From: Nitrososphaera viennensis EN76
GTDB lineage: Archaea; Thermoproteota; Nitrososphaeria; Nitrososphaerales; Nitrososphaeraceae
Reading direction: 5' to 3'
Length of the DNA: 32,000 nucleotides
NCBI RefSeq assembly: GCF_000698785.1
Contig: NZ_CP007536.1
Coordinates: 300,001-332,000, forward strand
The position numbers and the translations under genes were made by a program. Below, in pieces: positions 1 through 9,115 of this stretch; the first letter of the stretch is position 1; each line of letters opens with the position of its first letter. The notes below the pieces were generated by a model that did not search any database, had not been told where the DNA came from, and was given only the letters and a program-made list of their open reading frames with translations.

Positions 1-1
1 G

Positions 2-670
2 AACGCGCTTGACCCCGTCTACACCGTGGGCAGCCAGCTCAAAGAGATTCTGGAAGAGCACGGCTTTGAGGGAGATGTTGACGCCAAGGTTTTAGAGTCG
101 CTAAAGCAGGTGGGTCTGGCGCCCGCAGTTGCATCGCGCTATCCACATGAGCTGTCCGGCGGCATGAAGCAGCGCGTGGTGATTGCGATGGCGCTTTTGC
201 TAGAGCCTGACCTGCTGATTGCAGACGAGCCGACCACCGCGCTTGACGTGCTTGTGCAGTCGCAGATCATTGCGCTATTGAAAAAGCTGCACAGGGAAAA
301 AGGGGTCACGGTGATCCTTATCAGCCACGACCTTGCCCTCGTGTCGCAAGTTGCAGACAAGATAGGGATAATGTACGCCGGCCAGCTGGTCGAGATCGGC
401 TCGACGCAAGACATTTACAAAAACCCCAAGCACCCGTACACTCAGGCGCTGATAGCTGCGGTGCCAAGACTGCATTCGGGCGAGAAAAAGATCCGCTTTA
501 TACCCGGCAGCCCGCCCAGCCTGCTTGACCCGCCGGCCGGCTGCAGGTTCTACCCCCGCTGCCCGCACGCAATGGAGGTGTGCAAGCAGGACCCTCCAGA
601 GTTTGAGACAGACACCGGCTATGTCAGATGCTGGCTCTACGACCCAACCTTAAAAAGTATGTCGCACTGA
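2..670 (+). CDS. Oligopeptide/dipeptide-type ABC transporter ATP-binding protein, C-terminal part (5' end cut by the window edge)
   Basis: The frame is open to the window edge (NALDPVYTVGSQL...). It has the ABC signature LSGGMKQR, Walker B LLIADEPTTALD and H-loop ILISHD. The C-terminal oligopeptide-type tail has KHPYTQALIAAVP and GCRFYPRCP. Confidence 0.9.
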   Translation, partial: NALDPVYTVGSQLKEILEEHGFEGDVDAKVLESLKQVGLAPAVASRYPHELSGGMKQRVVIAMALLLEPDLLIADEPTTALDVLVQSQIIALLKKLHREKGVTVILISHDLALVSQVADKIGIMYAGQLVEIGSTQDIYKNPKHPYTQALIAAVPRLHSGEKKIRFIPGSPPSLLDPPAGCRFYPRCPHAMEVCKQDPPEFETDTGYVRCWLYDPTLKSMSH

Positions 671-686
671 GAGCAGGTGCCCCGCT

Positions 687-2393
687 GTGTCAATCCTGTC
701 ATACTTTCCGCTAGGCCAGATGCGCGAAAAGCAGCGCTCCGTGCTTCTGGAGATAGAGTCAGCCCTAAAGTCCGGATACAAGAACATCTTTCTTGAGGCG
801 CCCACCGGCTTTGGCAAGACGCCGGTGGCGATCACGATCGCAAGGTACCTCGGAAGCTCGCACATATGCACCGCTACAAAGGACCTCCAGGCCCAGTACA
901 AGCGCGACTTTCCGTTCATCTTTGAGGTAAAGGGGCGTGCCAATTTCCCGTGCATCGTCAAGGAGGACATGGGCCTTGCAGAGAACTGCGACTATGGCCC
1001 CTGTGTACAGGACGACTCGTACGACTGTGCGTACAAGACGCGGCTTTTGGACTACAAGGTCGCCGGGGAGGGGACGGCCGGCGAGCAGGTCAGGCTGGAC
1101 CCGCTCGCCGAAAAGACGTACATTGACAAGCTGAAAAAGCAGTCCAAGATTGTGGAACTCGAATGGCGGCCGTGCCACTACTTCCACCAGCGGTGGATTG
1201 GCGCAAAGGCAAGCCACACAGTCTACAACTACCGCTACTTTCTGTCCGACATTTTCTACACCGGGACCACGCAAAAGCGCAAGCTCTTGGTGATGGACGA
1301 GGCGCACCAGATAGAGTCTGAGGTAGGCGACTTTCGCAGTTTCACCATCCACAAGAACGCGCTGCGCTTCCTCCCCCGGGTGCAGATGCCGGAGAAAAAC
1401 GTCGAGGACGTCGAGCCGTGGATGGAGTTCTGCTCGTCCCTTAAGGACAAGATGCTAAAATTCATCGAACAGGCGACAGACGCCATCGAGCGGGGCAAGG
1501 TCGCCGAGCCGTACACCGAGCGCAACCTGATAGAAGCGATATCAAAGGAGAAGAACCTTGAAGCGCTGCTGTTCGACATGCGCTCAAACAAAAAGAACTG
1601 GATAGTGTCAAGCATCCAGCGCGACGCGCAGAACCAGCTGACGCGTGCCACGCTGACCCCACTTGAAACCTCCGGCTACTTTGGCGACATACTCGACAAG
1701 GGGACGATAAACCTGTTCATGAGCGCGACCATACTCTCAAAAGACTATTTGTGCAAGGTCTCCGGGCTAAAGCCGGATCATGTCAAGTTCGTCCAGGTAC
1801 GCGACTCGGACTTTCCAGTGAAAAACAGGCCGATACACCTGATGAACGTGGCGTGGCTCAACGCCCGGTCGATGCAGGAAAGCATGCCCAAAATCGCCAA
1901 GGCTGTAGACAACATCATGACGATACACAAGAACGAAAAGGGCATAATCCACACGACGTCGTATTCGCAGCTGCAGTACATCCGCGACAACATCAGTCGG
2001 GAAAACGCGTCGCGCCTGATAGAGACAGGCTCTGCCCTTGGCAGGGAGGAAGTGCTTGAAAAGCACTACAAGAGCACTAGGCCGACCGTGCTCATATCGC
2101 CTTCGCTGCATCTAGGAGTCGACTTGAAGGACGACCTGTCGCGGTTTCAGGTGATAACAAAGGTCCCCTACCCTGACCTGACAGACAGGAAGGTCTCTGC
2201 GATGAAGGACCGCGACCAGCGCTGGTACACGTGGTACACGGTGCTCCGACTGGCGCAGTCGTACGGCCGGTCGATAAGGAGCGCCGACGACTTTGCCACG
2301 ACGTACATCCTCGATTCCAGCATCACGTTCCTGCTAAAGAACGCGCAGGACATGGTGCCAAAGTGGTTTATGGAAGCTGTAAAGAACGCCTAG
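687..2393 (+). CDS. XPD/Rad3/DinG-family superfamily-2 DNA helicase with a putative 4Fe-4S domain
   Basis: 568-aa ORF with a GTG start. It has Walker A EAPTGFGKT, a DEAH box (VMDEAHQIE) and a motif VI-like QSYGRSIRS. Five Cys lie between motifs I and II (NFPC, ENC, GPC, YDC, RPCHYF), as in the FeS domain of XPD-like helicases. Confidence 0.8.
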   Translation: MSILSYFPLGQMREKQRSVLLEIESALKSGYKNIFLEAPTGFGKTPVAITIARYLGSSHICTATKDLQAQYKRDFPFIFEVKGRANFPCIVKEDMGLAENCDYGPCVQDDSYDCAYKTRLLDYKVAGEGTAGEQVRLDPLAEKTYIDKLKKQSKIVELEWRPCHYFHQRWIGAKASHTVYNYRYFLSDIFYTGTTQKRKLLVMDEAHQIESEVGDFRSFTIHKNALRFLPRVQMPEKNVEDVEPWMEFCSSLKDKMLKFIEQATDAIERGKVAEPYTERNLIEAISKEKNLEALLFDMRSNKKNWIVSSIQRDAQNQLTRATLTPLETSGYFGDILDKGTINLFMSATILSKDYLCKVSGLKPDHVKFVQVRDSDFPVKNRPIHLMNVAWLNARSMQESMPKIAKAVDNIMTIHKNEKGIIHTTSYSQLQYIRDNISRENASRLIETGSALGREEVLEKHYKSTRPTVLISPSLHLGVDLKDDLSRFQVITKVPYPDLTDRKVSAMKDRDQRWYTWYTVLRLAQSYGRSIRSADDFATTYILDSSITFLLKNAQDMVPKWFMEAVKNA

Positions 2394-2429
2394 AACGTTT
2401 TTATGTTGTAGCGGCTCAAAAATAGCGGT

Positions 2430-3458
2430 TTGTCCGGCGACAGGGCCGCTCCGTCGAGCCAGCAGGCAGCAGCGCCTACGATATTTGGCATAAACGCCAG
2501 CGTAGCAGTAACCCTTGTCCTGATCTCGCCGATAATATTCACGCTCGTCCTTGACCCTGACTCGTTCAACCTCTCGTGGAACGAGGGCAGGGGAGGGTTC
2601 ATCTTTGCAATGGCCTTTATCGCGGCCGAGCTTGTCGGCGTCAGGCAGCCGGTAAGCAATAAAAAATTTCTGGTAGTGGCCGGACTTGCCGCAATAACGA
2701 TAGGCTATTTTGCAGCCCTTCCATACGGCCTGGATGATTCCATCCACGAAGCAGGCATTGCGTACAAGGTCTCGCTGATAAACAGCTGGGACTGGATGTG
2801 GGACTTTGTCGTGATGGCGCTCTTTGTCGGCGCTTCCCTTGCCGTGTTGTTTGGAAAGAGGTGGTACAAGATAGCGCCAGCGGGGGCGATATACCTTGCA
2901 GGAAGCGCAGTCATACTGTCGCTTGACGCGTTCTTTCCCTACGACACGCTTGGGCCGCTCCAGGTAATCGTGCCAGTTTACCTGCAAATAGACCAGGCAG
3001 TCATCAGGTTCATAGACACGAACATCATGGATATAGGCAAGGGAGTCGTCGCAACTGCGCATGACAACCTGCTTGTGCTAAACGGATTGCACGGGCCCTT
3101 TGCGCTAAAGGTGTTCTGGCCTTCGGCAGGCGTCCACAGCATGATAATCTATACGCTCGTGATGCTTGCGTTCCTGCTCAAGATGGAGATACCGCTAAAG
3201 CGCAAGCTCATCTACTTTGCGATAGGGACGTTTGGCACCGTCGCCGTGAACATTGTCCGCATAATATCGCTGACGATGTACGCGCTCATCGTGACCGTAA
3301 ACCCAAAGGAATGGGAGGCGTTCCACTCTGTCGCCGGCGAGATAATGTTCCTGCCGTGGCTTGGCATCTACCTTGGAATCGTGATGTACACGGAGGGCAG
3401 GCGAATGCGCAGGATGCAGCAGGCAAGCAGCACTACTACTCCCCCTGCCTCGCCGTAA
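2430..3458 (+). CDS. Exosortase/archaeosortase-family polytopic membrane protein, cysteine-free (thaumarchaeosortase-like)
   Basis: 342-aa multi-TM ORF with a TTG start. The C-terminal half shows the family spacing PSAGVHS, then about 40 aa, NIVR, about 20 aa, FHSVAGE (family pattern CSG...NxxR...HxxG). There is no Cys anywhere in the protein. It ends in a Ser/Thr/Pro-rich tail. Confidence 0.65.
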   Translation: MSGDRAAPSSQQAAAPTIFGINASVAVTLVLISPIIFTLVLDPDSFNLSWNEGRGGFIFAMAFIAAELVGVRQPVSNKKFLVVAGLAAITIGYFAALPYGLDDSIHEAGIAYKVSLINSWDWMWDFVVMALFVGASLAVLFGKRWYKIAPAGAIYLAGSAVILSLDAFFPYDTLGPLQVIVPVYLQIDQAVIRFIDTNIMDIGKGVVATAHDNLLVLNGLHGPFALKVFWPSAGVHSMIIYTLVMLAFLLKMEIPLKRKLIYFAIGTFGTVAVNIVRIISLTMYALIVTVNPKEWEAFHSVAGEIMFLPWLGIYLGIVMYTEGRRMRRMQQASSTTTPPASP

Positions 3459-4539
3459 AATAGTCAAACAGCGTGTTCTGGCCAGAGCTGTCCTGAAAAT
3501 CTGATATCCTCACGCCCAGCCTGCGCACGCTCCTCTTTTTCTCGCCCATTGCTTCGTCCAGCAGCGATCTTGCTGTAGAATGCAAGAGCTCAAAACTTGA
3601 CGCGTGGGCCTTGAGCCCCCTTGACCTTGTGACGTTTTCAAGGTCATCGAGGACAAGGATTATCCCGACCGAACCAAACGCCACCTTTTTTTCAGTCGCG
3701 CTTTCATAGACGTCCCTGCATATCTCTTCAAGGTCGGCGTACATCTCTTCTGCGCTCTGCGCGTCCTTTTTCAGCGTGACGATGCGCATAATCTGCTGCC
3801 TGCGCTCGCCCTCCGCTGATTCCATGACGGGCTCGTCGTCGATTCCCTTTGCGGCATTGTGGATGTAGGTTGCAGTTTTCTTGCCAAACTCTTTTATCAG
3901 CCTGAAAAGGTCAAACGACGCAAGGTCGCCGGCAGTCTTTACTCCAAGCTCGGCAAGCCTGTCGCGCGTCTTGGGGCCAATCCCCGGTATTTTATCAACA
4001 TCAAGCGCAGAGACAAACTGCAAGGCGTTTTCCGGCCGGACTACTGTCAGGCCGTCCGGCTTGTTGTAGTCGGATGCTATCTTGGCAAGCATCTTGTTCG
4101 GCGCAACGCCTACGGAGCATGTAAGTTTCGTGCGCTCTTGTACACGCTGCTTTACCGTGCGCGCAAGCGCTTCAGCGGCGTCAAACCTGCCATTGGCTCG
4201 CCCTGACACGTCGATAAAGCATTCGTCAATTCCTACATGCTCAAAAACATCAGCGTGCTCTTTAATCGCGGACATCGCGTTTTCAGATACCTGCCTGTAA
4301 TAGCTTGCGTCAAGCGGCAGGAACAACGCATCGTCCACTCCTGCAAGTTTTGCCTTTGCGACTCTGATCGGGATGCCTGATTTTACTCCGTATTTTCTTG
4401 CGACATAGTTGGCGGTGCTCACCACGCCGCTGTCCTCGGTTCTGCCGGAAAAGACGCACACCAGCACCGGTCTTTGCCTTATCTCCGGCCTGCGGACCTC
4501 TTCACACTGGGCGAAAAAATAGTCAAAGTCGATGTGCAT
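3436..4539 (-). CDS. dinB: Y-family DNA polymerase IV (Dpo4/Dbh/DinB type)
   Basis: Motifs HIDFDYFFAQCEE, STANYVARKYGVKSG, DECFIDVSG, SVGVAPNKMLAKIASD and IPGIGPKT. The ORF track starts at TTG 4566, but ATG 4539 matches Dpo4-like N-termini. The 3' end overlaps the convergent gene by 23 nt. Confidence 0.9.
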   Translation of the reverse strand: MHIDFDYFFAQCEEVRRPEIRQRPVLVCVFSGRTEDSGVVSTANYVARKYGVKSGIPIRVAKAKLAGVDDALFLPLDASYYRQVSENAMSAIKEHADVFEHVGIDECFIDVSGRANGRFDAAEALARTVKQRVQERTKLTCSVGVAPNKMLAKIASDYNKPDGLTVVRPENALQFVSALDVDKIPGIGPKTRDRLAELGVKTAGDLASFDLFRLIKEFGKKTATYIHNAAKGIDDEPVMESAEGERRQQIMRIVTLKKDAQSAEEMYADLEEICRDVYESATEKKVAFGSVGIILVLDDLENVTRSRGLKAHASSFELLHSTARSLLDEAMGEKKRSVRRLGVRISDFQDSSGQNTLFDYFTARQGE

Positions 4540-4599
4540 GACAACCCTATGCGGAGGCGCCAACAATGGCTGGTATTAGCGCGTCTGCGTAATTAACTG

Positions 4600-5808
4600 C
4601 TACTGGCCGTTCAGGACAGACACTCCGGGCATCTCGTCCCCTGCAAGGTAGCGCAGGGTCGCGCCGCCTCCGGTGGAGACGTGGCTCACCTCGTTTTCGG
4701 CGACACCGGATTTCTTCATGGCCTCGAGCGTGTCGCCTCCGCCAATGAGCGTCTTGGCGCCCCGCCAGTAGGCAAGCGCCATGCTCTTGGCAATGTTGAC
4801 CGTGCCGTTTGCGAACGCCCTGACCTCGAACATGCCCATCGGGCCGTTCCAGAATATCATGCCTGCGCCGTTTGTGCCGCTCACTTCTGTGGAATAGCGC
4901 TCTATCGTCTCATTGCCAATGTCAAAGCCGGCCATGCCGTCGGGTATGTCGCCCTTGACCATGGTTATCGACGTGTCGGCCGGCGACATGGCCGCAACGT
5001 GGTCAGTGGGGAGCATTATCTTGTCGCCGTAGGACGCAAGGGCCTTTGACACCCACGGCAGGTGCTCGTTGTCGATGAGCGATTTTCCTGTCTTGAAGCC
5101 TTTTGCCTTCAGGAAAGTGTACGCCGCCGCCCCGCCGATTATCACCTTGTCCGACTTTAGGAGCAGGTGCTCCAGCGCTCCGATCTTGTCCTTTATCTTG
5201 ACGCCTCCAACAACCACCTTGAATGGCCTTATCGGGTTGTCCTTCATCATCGACAGGTACTCGACTTCCTTTCTCAGGTTAAAGCCTGCAAGCCGCGCGT
5301 CGACGAGCGTGGCCATGCCGTAGGTGGAGGCGTGCTTTCTGTGCGACGTGCTGAATGCGTCGTTTATATAGATGTCTGCAAGGCTTGCCAGTTTCTTGCA
5401 GAATTCCGAGTCGTTGGTTTCTTCTTCCTTGTAAAAGCGCAGGTTCTCAAGGAGCAGTATGTCACCGTTGTTCATCTGGCTGATCTCGTTTTCAACTGCC
5501 TGGCCGACGCAGTCGTGTGCAAACCTGACCTTCATGCTGGACCTGCTGCCGACTATCTCTGACAGGCGCTTTGCCACCGGCGCAAGCGTGTAGTCAATGT
5601 CGCGGCCGTCGGGCCTGCCAAGGTGCGACGCAAGTATGACCTTTGCACCCCTCTTTGTGAGGTATTCTATCGTGGGTATCGTCATGCGGATGCGATAGTC
5701 CTCGCCCACGGTCCCATTGCTCACGCTGACGTTAAAATCGACCCTGACAAACACCCGTTTTCCGCTAAACTTCTTGTCGTCGAGATCGGTAAGGGTTCTG
5801 AGCGCCAA
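4600..5808 (-). CDS. pgk: Phosphoglycerate kinase
   Basis: 402-aa ORF with PGK motifs RVDFNV, ASHLGRP, WNGPMGMFE and STGGGA. Confidence 0.95.
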   Translation of the reverse strand: MALRTLTDLDDKKFSGKRVFVRVDFNVSVSNGTVGEDYRIRMTIPTIEYLTKRGAKVILASHLGRPDGRDIDYTLAPVAKRLSEIVGSRSSMKVRFAHDCVGQAVENEISQMNNGDILLLENLRFYKEEETNDSEFCKKLASLADIYINDAFSTSHRKHASTYGMATLVDARLAGFNLRKEVEYLSMMKDNPIRPFKVVVGGVKIKDKIGALEHLLLKSDKVIIGGAAAYTFLKAKGFKTGKSLIDNEHLPWVSKALASYGDKIMLPTDHVAAMSPADTSITMVKGDIPDGMAGFDIGNETIERYSTEVSGTNGAGMIFWNGPMGMFEVRAFANGTVNIAKSMALAYWRGAKTLIGGGDTLEAMKKSGVAENEVSHVSTGGGATLRYLAGDEMPGVSVLNGQ

Positions 5809-5913
5809 TTGATGGGACAGCTAAAAGACAGGAGATTATTTACTTTTCCGAAAGAGACGCTAGAGTGAAAATCCTCAAAACACTTAATAAAATAATGGCG
5901 CCGCAAACCAAGC

Positions 5914-6525
5914 GTGAGTTTTGTTCCAAAAAGGGTTCTTGGCAAGTTCATGCACGTCACAGACCAGCCGCTAAAGAGGCCGGGCGGAAAATCACTGGTA
6001 TATTTCATGGGCGCGGGCTTTTGCCCGTTCTGCGCAGCAGAACGCTGGGCCATAGTCAAGGCGCTGGAGCGCTTTGGGAAATGGGATGGAATAGCGGAGG
6101 ACAAGAGTGCCGGCCACGACGAGAAATACCTCAACGTCCCGACGTTCAATCTGGCACGCGCAAAATACGAAAGCGACACGGTCGAGTTTGCCGGAAAGGA
6201 GACTGCCGACCGCAACTTTGAGCCGCTGCAAGAGCTTGACGACAAGGACTATGAGATTCTGGACATGTACAACCCTGACCAGATGATCCCGTTCCTGCTG
6301 ATAGATGGCCAGTACATGCAAGTCGGCGCAGGCTATAGCCCTGAACTTATCCAGAACATGACCCACGACAAGGTCAGAGCAGAACTTGGCAACCCCAACT
6401 CTGCAATCGGCAAGGCAATCAACGCAGAGATTGACAACATTACTGCACTAATATGCAAGGCAACAGGCGGAAAGGGAAGCGCCTGCAACTCTGACAGCGT
6501 CAAGGCGCTGACTGCAAAATTATAA
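5914..6525 (+). CDS. DUF929-family thioredoxin-like protein
   Basis: GAGFCPFCAAERWAIVKALERFG (CxxC), then NVPTFNL, IPFLLIDGQY and NITALICKATGG...ACN, as in DUF929 proteins. The start is uncertain (GTG 5914 or ATG 5950). No N-terminal TM segment is seen. Confidence 0.75.
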   Translation: MSFVPKRVLGKFMHVTDQPLKRPGGKSLVYFMGAGFCPFCAAERWAIVKALERFGKWDGIAEDKSAGHDEKYLNVPTFNLARAKYESDTVEFAGKETADRNFEPLQELDDKDYEILDMYNPDQMIPFLLIDGQYMQVGAGYSPELIQNMTHDKVRAELGNPNSAIGKAINAEIDNITALICKATGGKGSACNSDSVKALTAKL

Positions 6526-6556
6526 GAAGAGAAAAAGAGGGGAGGAGGAGTGTTTT

Positions 6557-7075
6557 TTATTCCTCTATCTTTGCGACCTGCGGCTTTAGCGCAGTGACAC
6601 GCGTATAGGTCGGGCACCCGAGCTTGCTTGACGCAACCTTGAAGCCTTCCTTTGCCAGCGGGAGGTTTGCCGCAGTGACGTATGCCTCGAATATGACCTG
6701 ATCCGGCTTGACTCTGGCCGCAAGGCCTGTTGCCTTGCCAAACGCGCGGCGCATTCCCTCCTGGAGACGGTCTGCGCCTGCCGTTGCGATCATCTTGTTC
6801 TCCCTGAGTATGACGTGGGGATAGACCCTCAGCATCGAGAAAAAGCTCATCTCACCTGCCGTTGCCATCCTCTTGTTTGCAGCCAGCCTGGCTGCCTCTA
6901 GGGCGTTGTGCCTGATCTGGATCTTTTCCGTGACGACGAGTTCCAGCTTGTAATCATAATCCTGGCTTGCCTGGCCGGATGCAAACCTTGCTATCTTGAT
7001 CTGTGGCTTGCCAGCGATGTATTCGCGCCTTACATAAGGCATCCCGCGCGTCTCACGATAATTTACTCCCTTCAT
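6557..7075 (-). CDS. rpl10e: Ribosomal protein L10e (uL16)
   Basis: MKGVNYRETRGMPYVRREYIAGKP...ENKMIATAGADRLQEGMRRAFGK is typical L10e. The ATG at 7075 gives 172 aa. The 126 extra upstream codons in the ORF track are antisense to endA and are not used. Confidence 0.9.
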   Translation of the reverse strand: MKGVNYRETRGMPYVRREYIAGKPQIKIARFASGQASQDYDYKLELVVTEKIQIRHNALEAARLAANKRMATAGEMSFFSMLRVYPHVILRENKMIATAGADRLQEGMRRAFGKATGLAARVKPDQVIFEAYVTAANLPLAKEGFKVASSKLGCPTYTRVTALKPQVAKIEE

Positions 7076-7133
7076 ATCTCTATGCACTAAATTTGAATGC
7101 TTAAATGTGGAAGTCTGCTGTGATTTAATCGTT

Positions 7134-7760
7134 ATGTCCTCTTCCCCTCCTACCTCTCCTGCACCGTTCCCGGAAAGGCAGCAGCAGACGGCATCGGCAG
7201 AGGAGGCGCAGCCTGCGGTGGTGGAGGCAAGGCTTGCCGGCGGGGGCAAGGTGCTGATAGACGAAACAAGGTCGCAGGACGAGCTTCGCACCCGAGGCTT
7301 TGGCGAGCGTGAAGGGCAGGAATACGTGCTAAAGCCGTACGAGGCGCTGTACCTCTTGCAGGCAAAGCGACTTGTGTTCGCCAGCAAAAAAGACGTCACT
7401 TTTGATTCACTCTTTGAACATTTGCTAAAGCACGACCGGAACATCATGACCAAGTTCCTCGTCTACCGCGACCTTAGGAGCCGGGGCTACGTCGCAAAAG
7501 AGGGCTTTGGCTTTGGCGATGATTTCCGCGTCTATGAAAGAGGCGAGTATGAAAAAAAGCCTGCCAAGTACGTGGTCTTTGGGATAAACGAAGGCGCAAA
7601 CGTGACTGCAAGGAGCTTTGCGAGCGCCATCGAGCAGATTGAAAAGATGGGCAAGGAGGCGGTGGTGGCAGTTATTGAAAGGCGCGGCGAGGTAATCTAC
7701 TACAAGGCATCCAAGATGCGCTTCTCGCAGAACAAGCACGACACTTTTCTAGTCCGGTGA
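7134..7760 (+). CDS. endA: tRNA-splicing endonuclease subunit
   Basis: YEALYLL, LVYRDLRSRGYVAKEGFGFGDDFRVYERG and EAVVAVIERRGEVIYYK align by eye to archaeal EndA. The N-terminal Pro/Ala/Gln-rich extension is unusual. ATG 7134 is preferred over GTG 7107. Confidence 0.85.
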   Translation: MSSSPPTSPAPFPERQQQTASAEEAQPAVVEARLAGGGKVLIDETRSQDELRTRGFGEREGQEYVLKPYEALYLLQAKRLVFASKKDVTFDSLFEHLLKHDRNIMTKFLVYRDLRSRGYVAKEGFGFGDDFRVYERGEYEKKPAKYVVFGINEGANVTARSFASAIEQIEKMGKEAVVAVIERRGEVIYYKASKMRFSQNKHDTFLVR

Positions 7761-7945
7761 TGATGGCGGCGGCAACCCCCGACGAGCCAAAGTTCAAGGA
7801 GGTGTATTGCGCCGACTGCAAGATGGTCCTTGCAAGGTACTCTGTCAAGTATTTCACGGACGCAGACATCAACGAGCTTGTGCACGTCCACTACTCGGCG
7901 CACATCAAGGAAGGACACGCCATCGAGATCCGCATGTCCGTGTAA
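7760..7945 (+). CDS. Small hypothetical protein (61 aa) with a CxxC and a His cluster
   Basis: The ATG overlaps the endA stop (TGATG), suggesting translational coupling. It contains YCADCK and HVHYSAHIKEGH. No family was recognised. Confidence 0.45.
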   Translation: MMAAATPDEPKFKEVYCADCKMVLARYSVKYFTDADINELVHVHYSAHIKEGHAIEIRMSV

Positions 7946-7971
7946 ACGATTTATAGCCCTGCAGGCTTCTC

Positions 7972-8349
7972 TTGCCCATGCAACGTAACCTCTGCGAGAG
8001 GGTTATCAAGCTAGACAAGAACATACGCTTTGCAGGTATCGTCAACGCAAACGGCGAGGTCATCGAGGGCGGCTTCCAGCAGGGGATACAGCCGCTCCTG
8101 AACGGCCCTGCCGAGCAGCAGATGTACATACAGTCGCTCTCCAACGTCGTGACGCTCAAGCAGTACGCGGACAGGCTCGGCGCCTTCCGCTACAGCATAA
8201 CAGAACACGACAAGGTCACGCTTCTCACCTTCCCGCTAGGCGACGGCATCCTGTGCGTCTCTGCCTCCTCGAAGGCAGACTCGGCAAAGATCAGGAACAA
8301 GGTATCGGCCCTCCTGAAGGAAAAACCAAGGCACAGCAAGAAGGTTTAA
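7972..8349 (+). CDS. Hypothetical protein, paralogue A of a three-member family in this window
   Basis: 125 aa. It shares LCERVIKLDKNIRFAGI..NG....G..PLL...QSL...LG with 17966-18349. A TATA-like ATTTATAG lies about 20 nt upstream. Confidence 0.6.
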   Translation: MPMQRNLCERVIKLDKNIRFAGIVNANGEVIEGGFQQGIQPLLNGPAEQQMYIQSLSNVVTLKQYADRLGAFRYSITEHDKVTLLTFPLGDGILCVSASSKADSAKIRNKVSALLKEKPRHSKKV

Positions 8350-8376
8350 TAGTGTAATGGCTAAAAGGTTAAATGC

Positions 8377-8550
8377 ATGGTAGCCTCCTCCGAGGCAAGG
8401 TTGGCCAAGCGCTTTTGCGAGCACTGCTTTTACCGCGGCGATGAATCCGAGTTTCTCGCAGCAGCCGACTTTTGCATCGAGTGCATGAGCGTGCACGCGC
8501 ACTGCCCCAAGTGCAAGTCCAGCTTCCACAGCGTCCACGTGGTCGAATAG
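8377..8550 (+). CDS. Small zinc-ribbon protein (57 aa), absent from the ORF track
   Basis: My translation is MVASSEARLAKRFCEHCFYRGDESEFLAAADFCIECMSVHAHCPKCKSSFHSVHVVE, with three CxxC pairs. It starts 28 nt after paralogue A and is followed by a T-run (GATTTTTAC). The 8236-8538 minus ORF is its antisense shadow. Confidence 0.55.
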   Translation: MVASSEARLAKRFCEHCFYRGDESEFLAAADFCIECMSVHAHCPKCKSSFHSVHVVE

Positions 8551-8784
8551 TAATAATAATGATAAAAGATTTTTACACGGTTCTTTCCTTTGGTTAGCGT
8601 TGCAGGGTGATGACGAAGTGTACAGTCCCCCTATTATCTGCCTGCGTCGGCAGAAAAATGAAGAGAATTTACCGGACTGCCGAGCCTTGCAGCATCGTAG
8701 TACAGTTTAGAATCATCTAATAGATTTAGTATTGCTAAAATTCTTTCAGAACGACATTTATCTTATAGACGTATTTTTTACCTC

Positions 8785-9036
8785 ATGAATATTGCCGATT
8801 CTGAGGTCTCGCAGGTAATTATAGCTCGAACATGCGGCTGCAAAGAACTTGGAAGAAAGGTCACGTACAATTTCGCAGATCCTTATCATGCCCTGTGCCT
8901 TGACAAGAAGGACATCATACTTGCGCAGCTACAAGCCTGCGAAATTCTGCTAAAATATGCTGGCGACGATCCCGACAGAAAGGTCGTAGAAAAGGAAATT
9001 GCCGAACTGCGCATGGCAATGGACCTCCTGACCTGA
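8785..9036 (+). CDS. Hypothetical protein (83 aa)
   Basis: ATG-started ORF with an AT-rich upstream region (TTATAGACGTATTTTTTACC). The C-terminal half looks helical. No family was recognised. Confidence 0.4.
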   Translation: MNIADSEVSQVIIARTCGCKELGRKVTYNFADPYHALCLDKKDIILAQLQACEILLKYAGDDPDRKVVEKEIAELRMAMDLLT

Positions 9037-9115
9037 GCCGCAGGAGGATGATGGCGCAATTGTAACGTCGCAACAATTCCGAGAATATGAAAAGAAGATC
9101 CGCAAGGCCAGCTTT

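Noticed and set aside
7076-7453. A 126-codon N-terminal extension of the L10e ORF (track ORF 6557-7453, 298 aa).
   Set aside because: The L10e homology starts at MKGVNYRETRG (ATG 7075). The extension is Ser/Cys/Ala-rich, low-complexity, and antisense to the endA N-terminus. It is an open-frame artefact of a GC-rich region.
8606-8690. A GUGAUGA motif in the 8551-8784 intergenic region, considered as a possible C/D sRNA.
   Set aside because: There is no CUGA D box at a suitable distance and no complementary terminal stem.
9034-9036. Programmed +1 frameshifting at ACC-UGA linking 8785-9036 to the downstream zinc-ribbon frame.
   Set aside because: There is no slippery P-site codon (ACC to CCU is not cognate) and no stimulatory element is visible. 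Separate genes, or a mutation or sequencing indel, are more likely.
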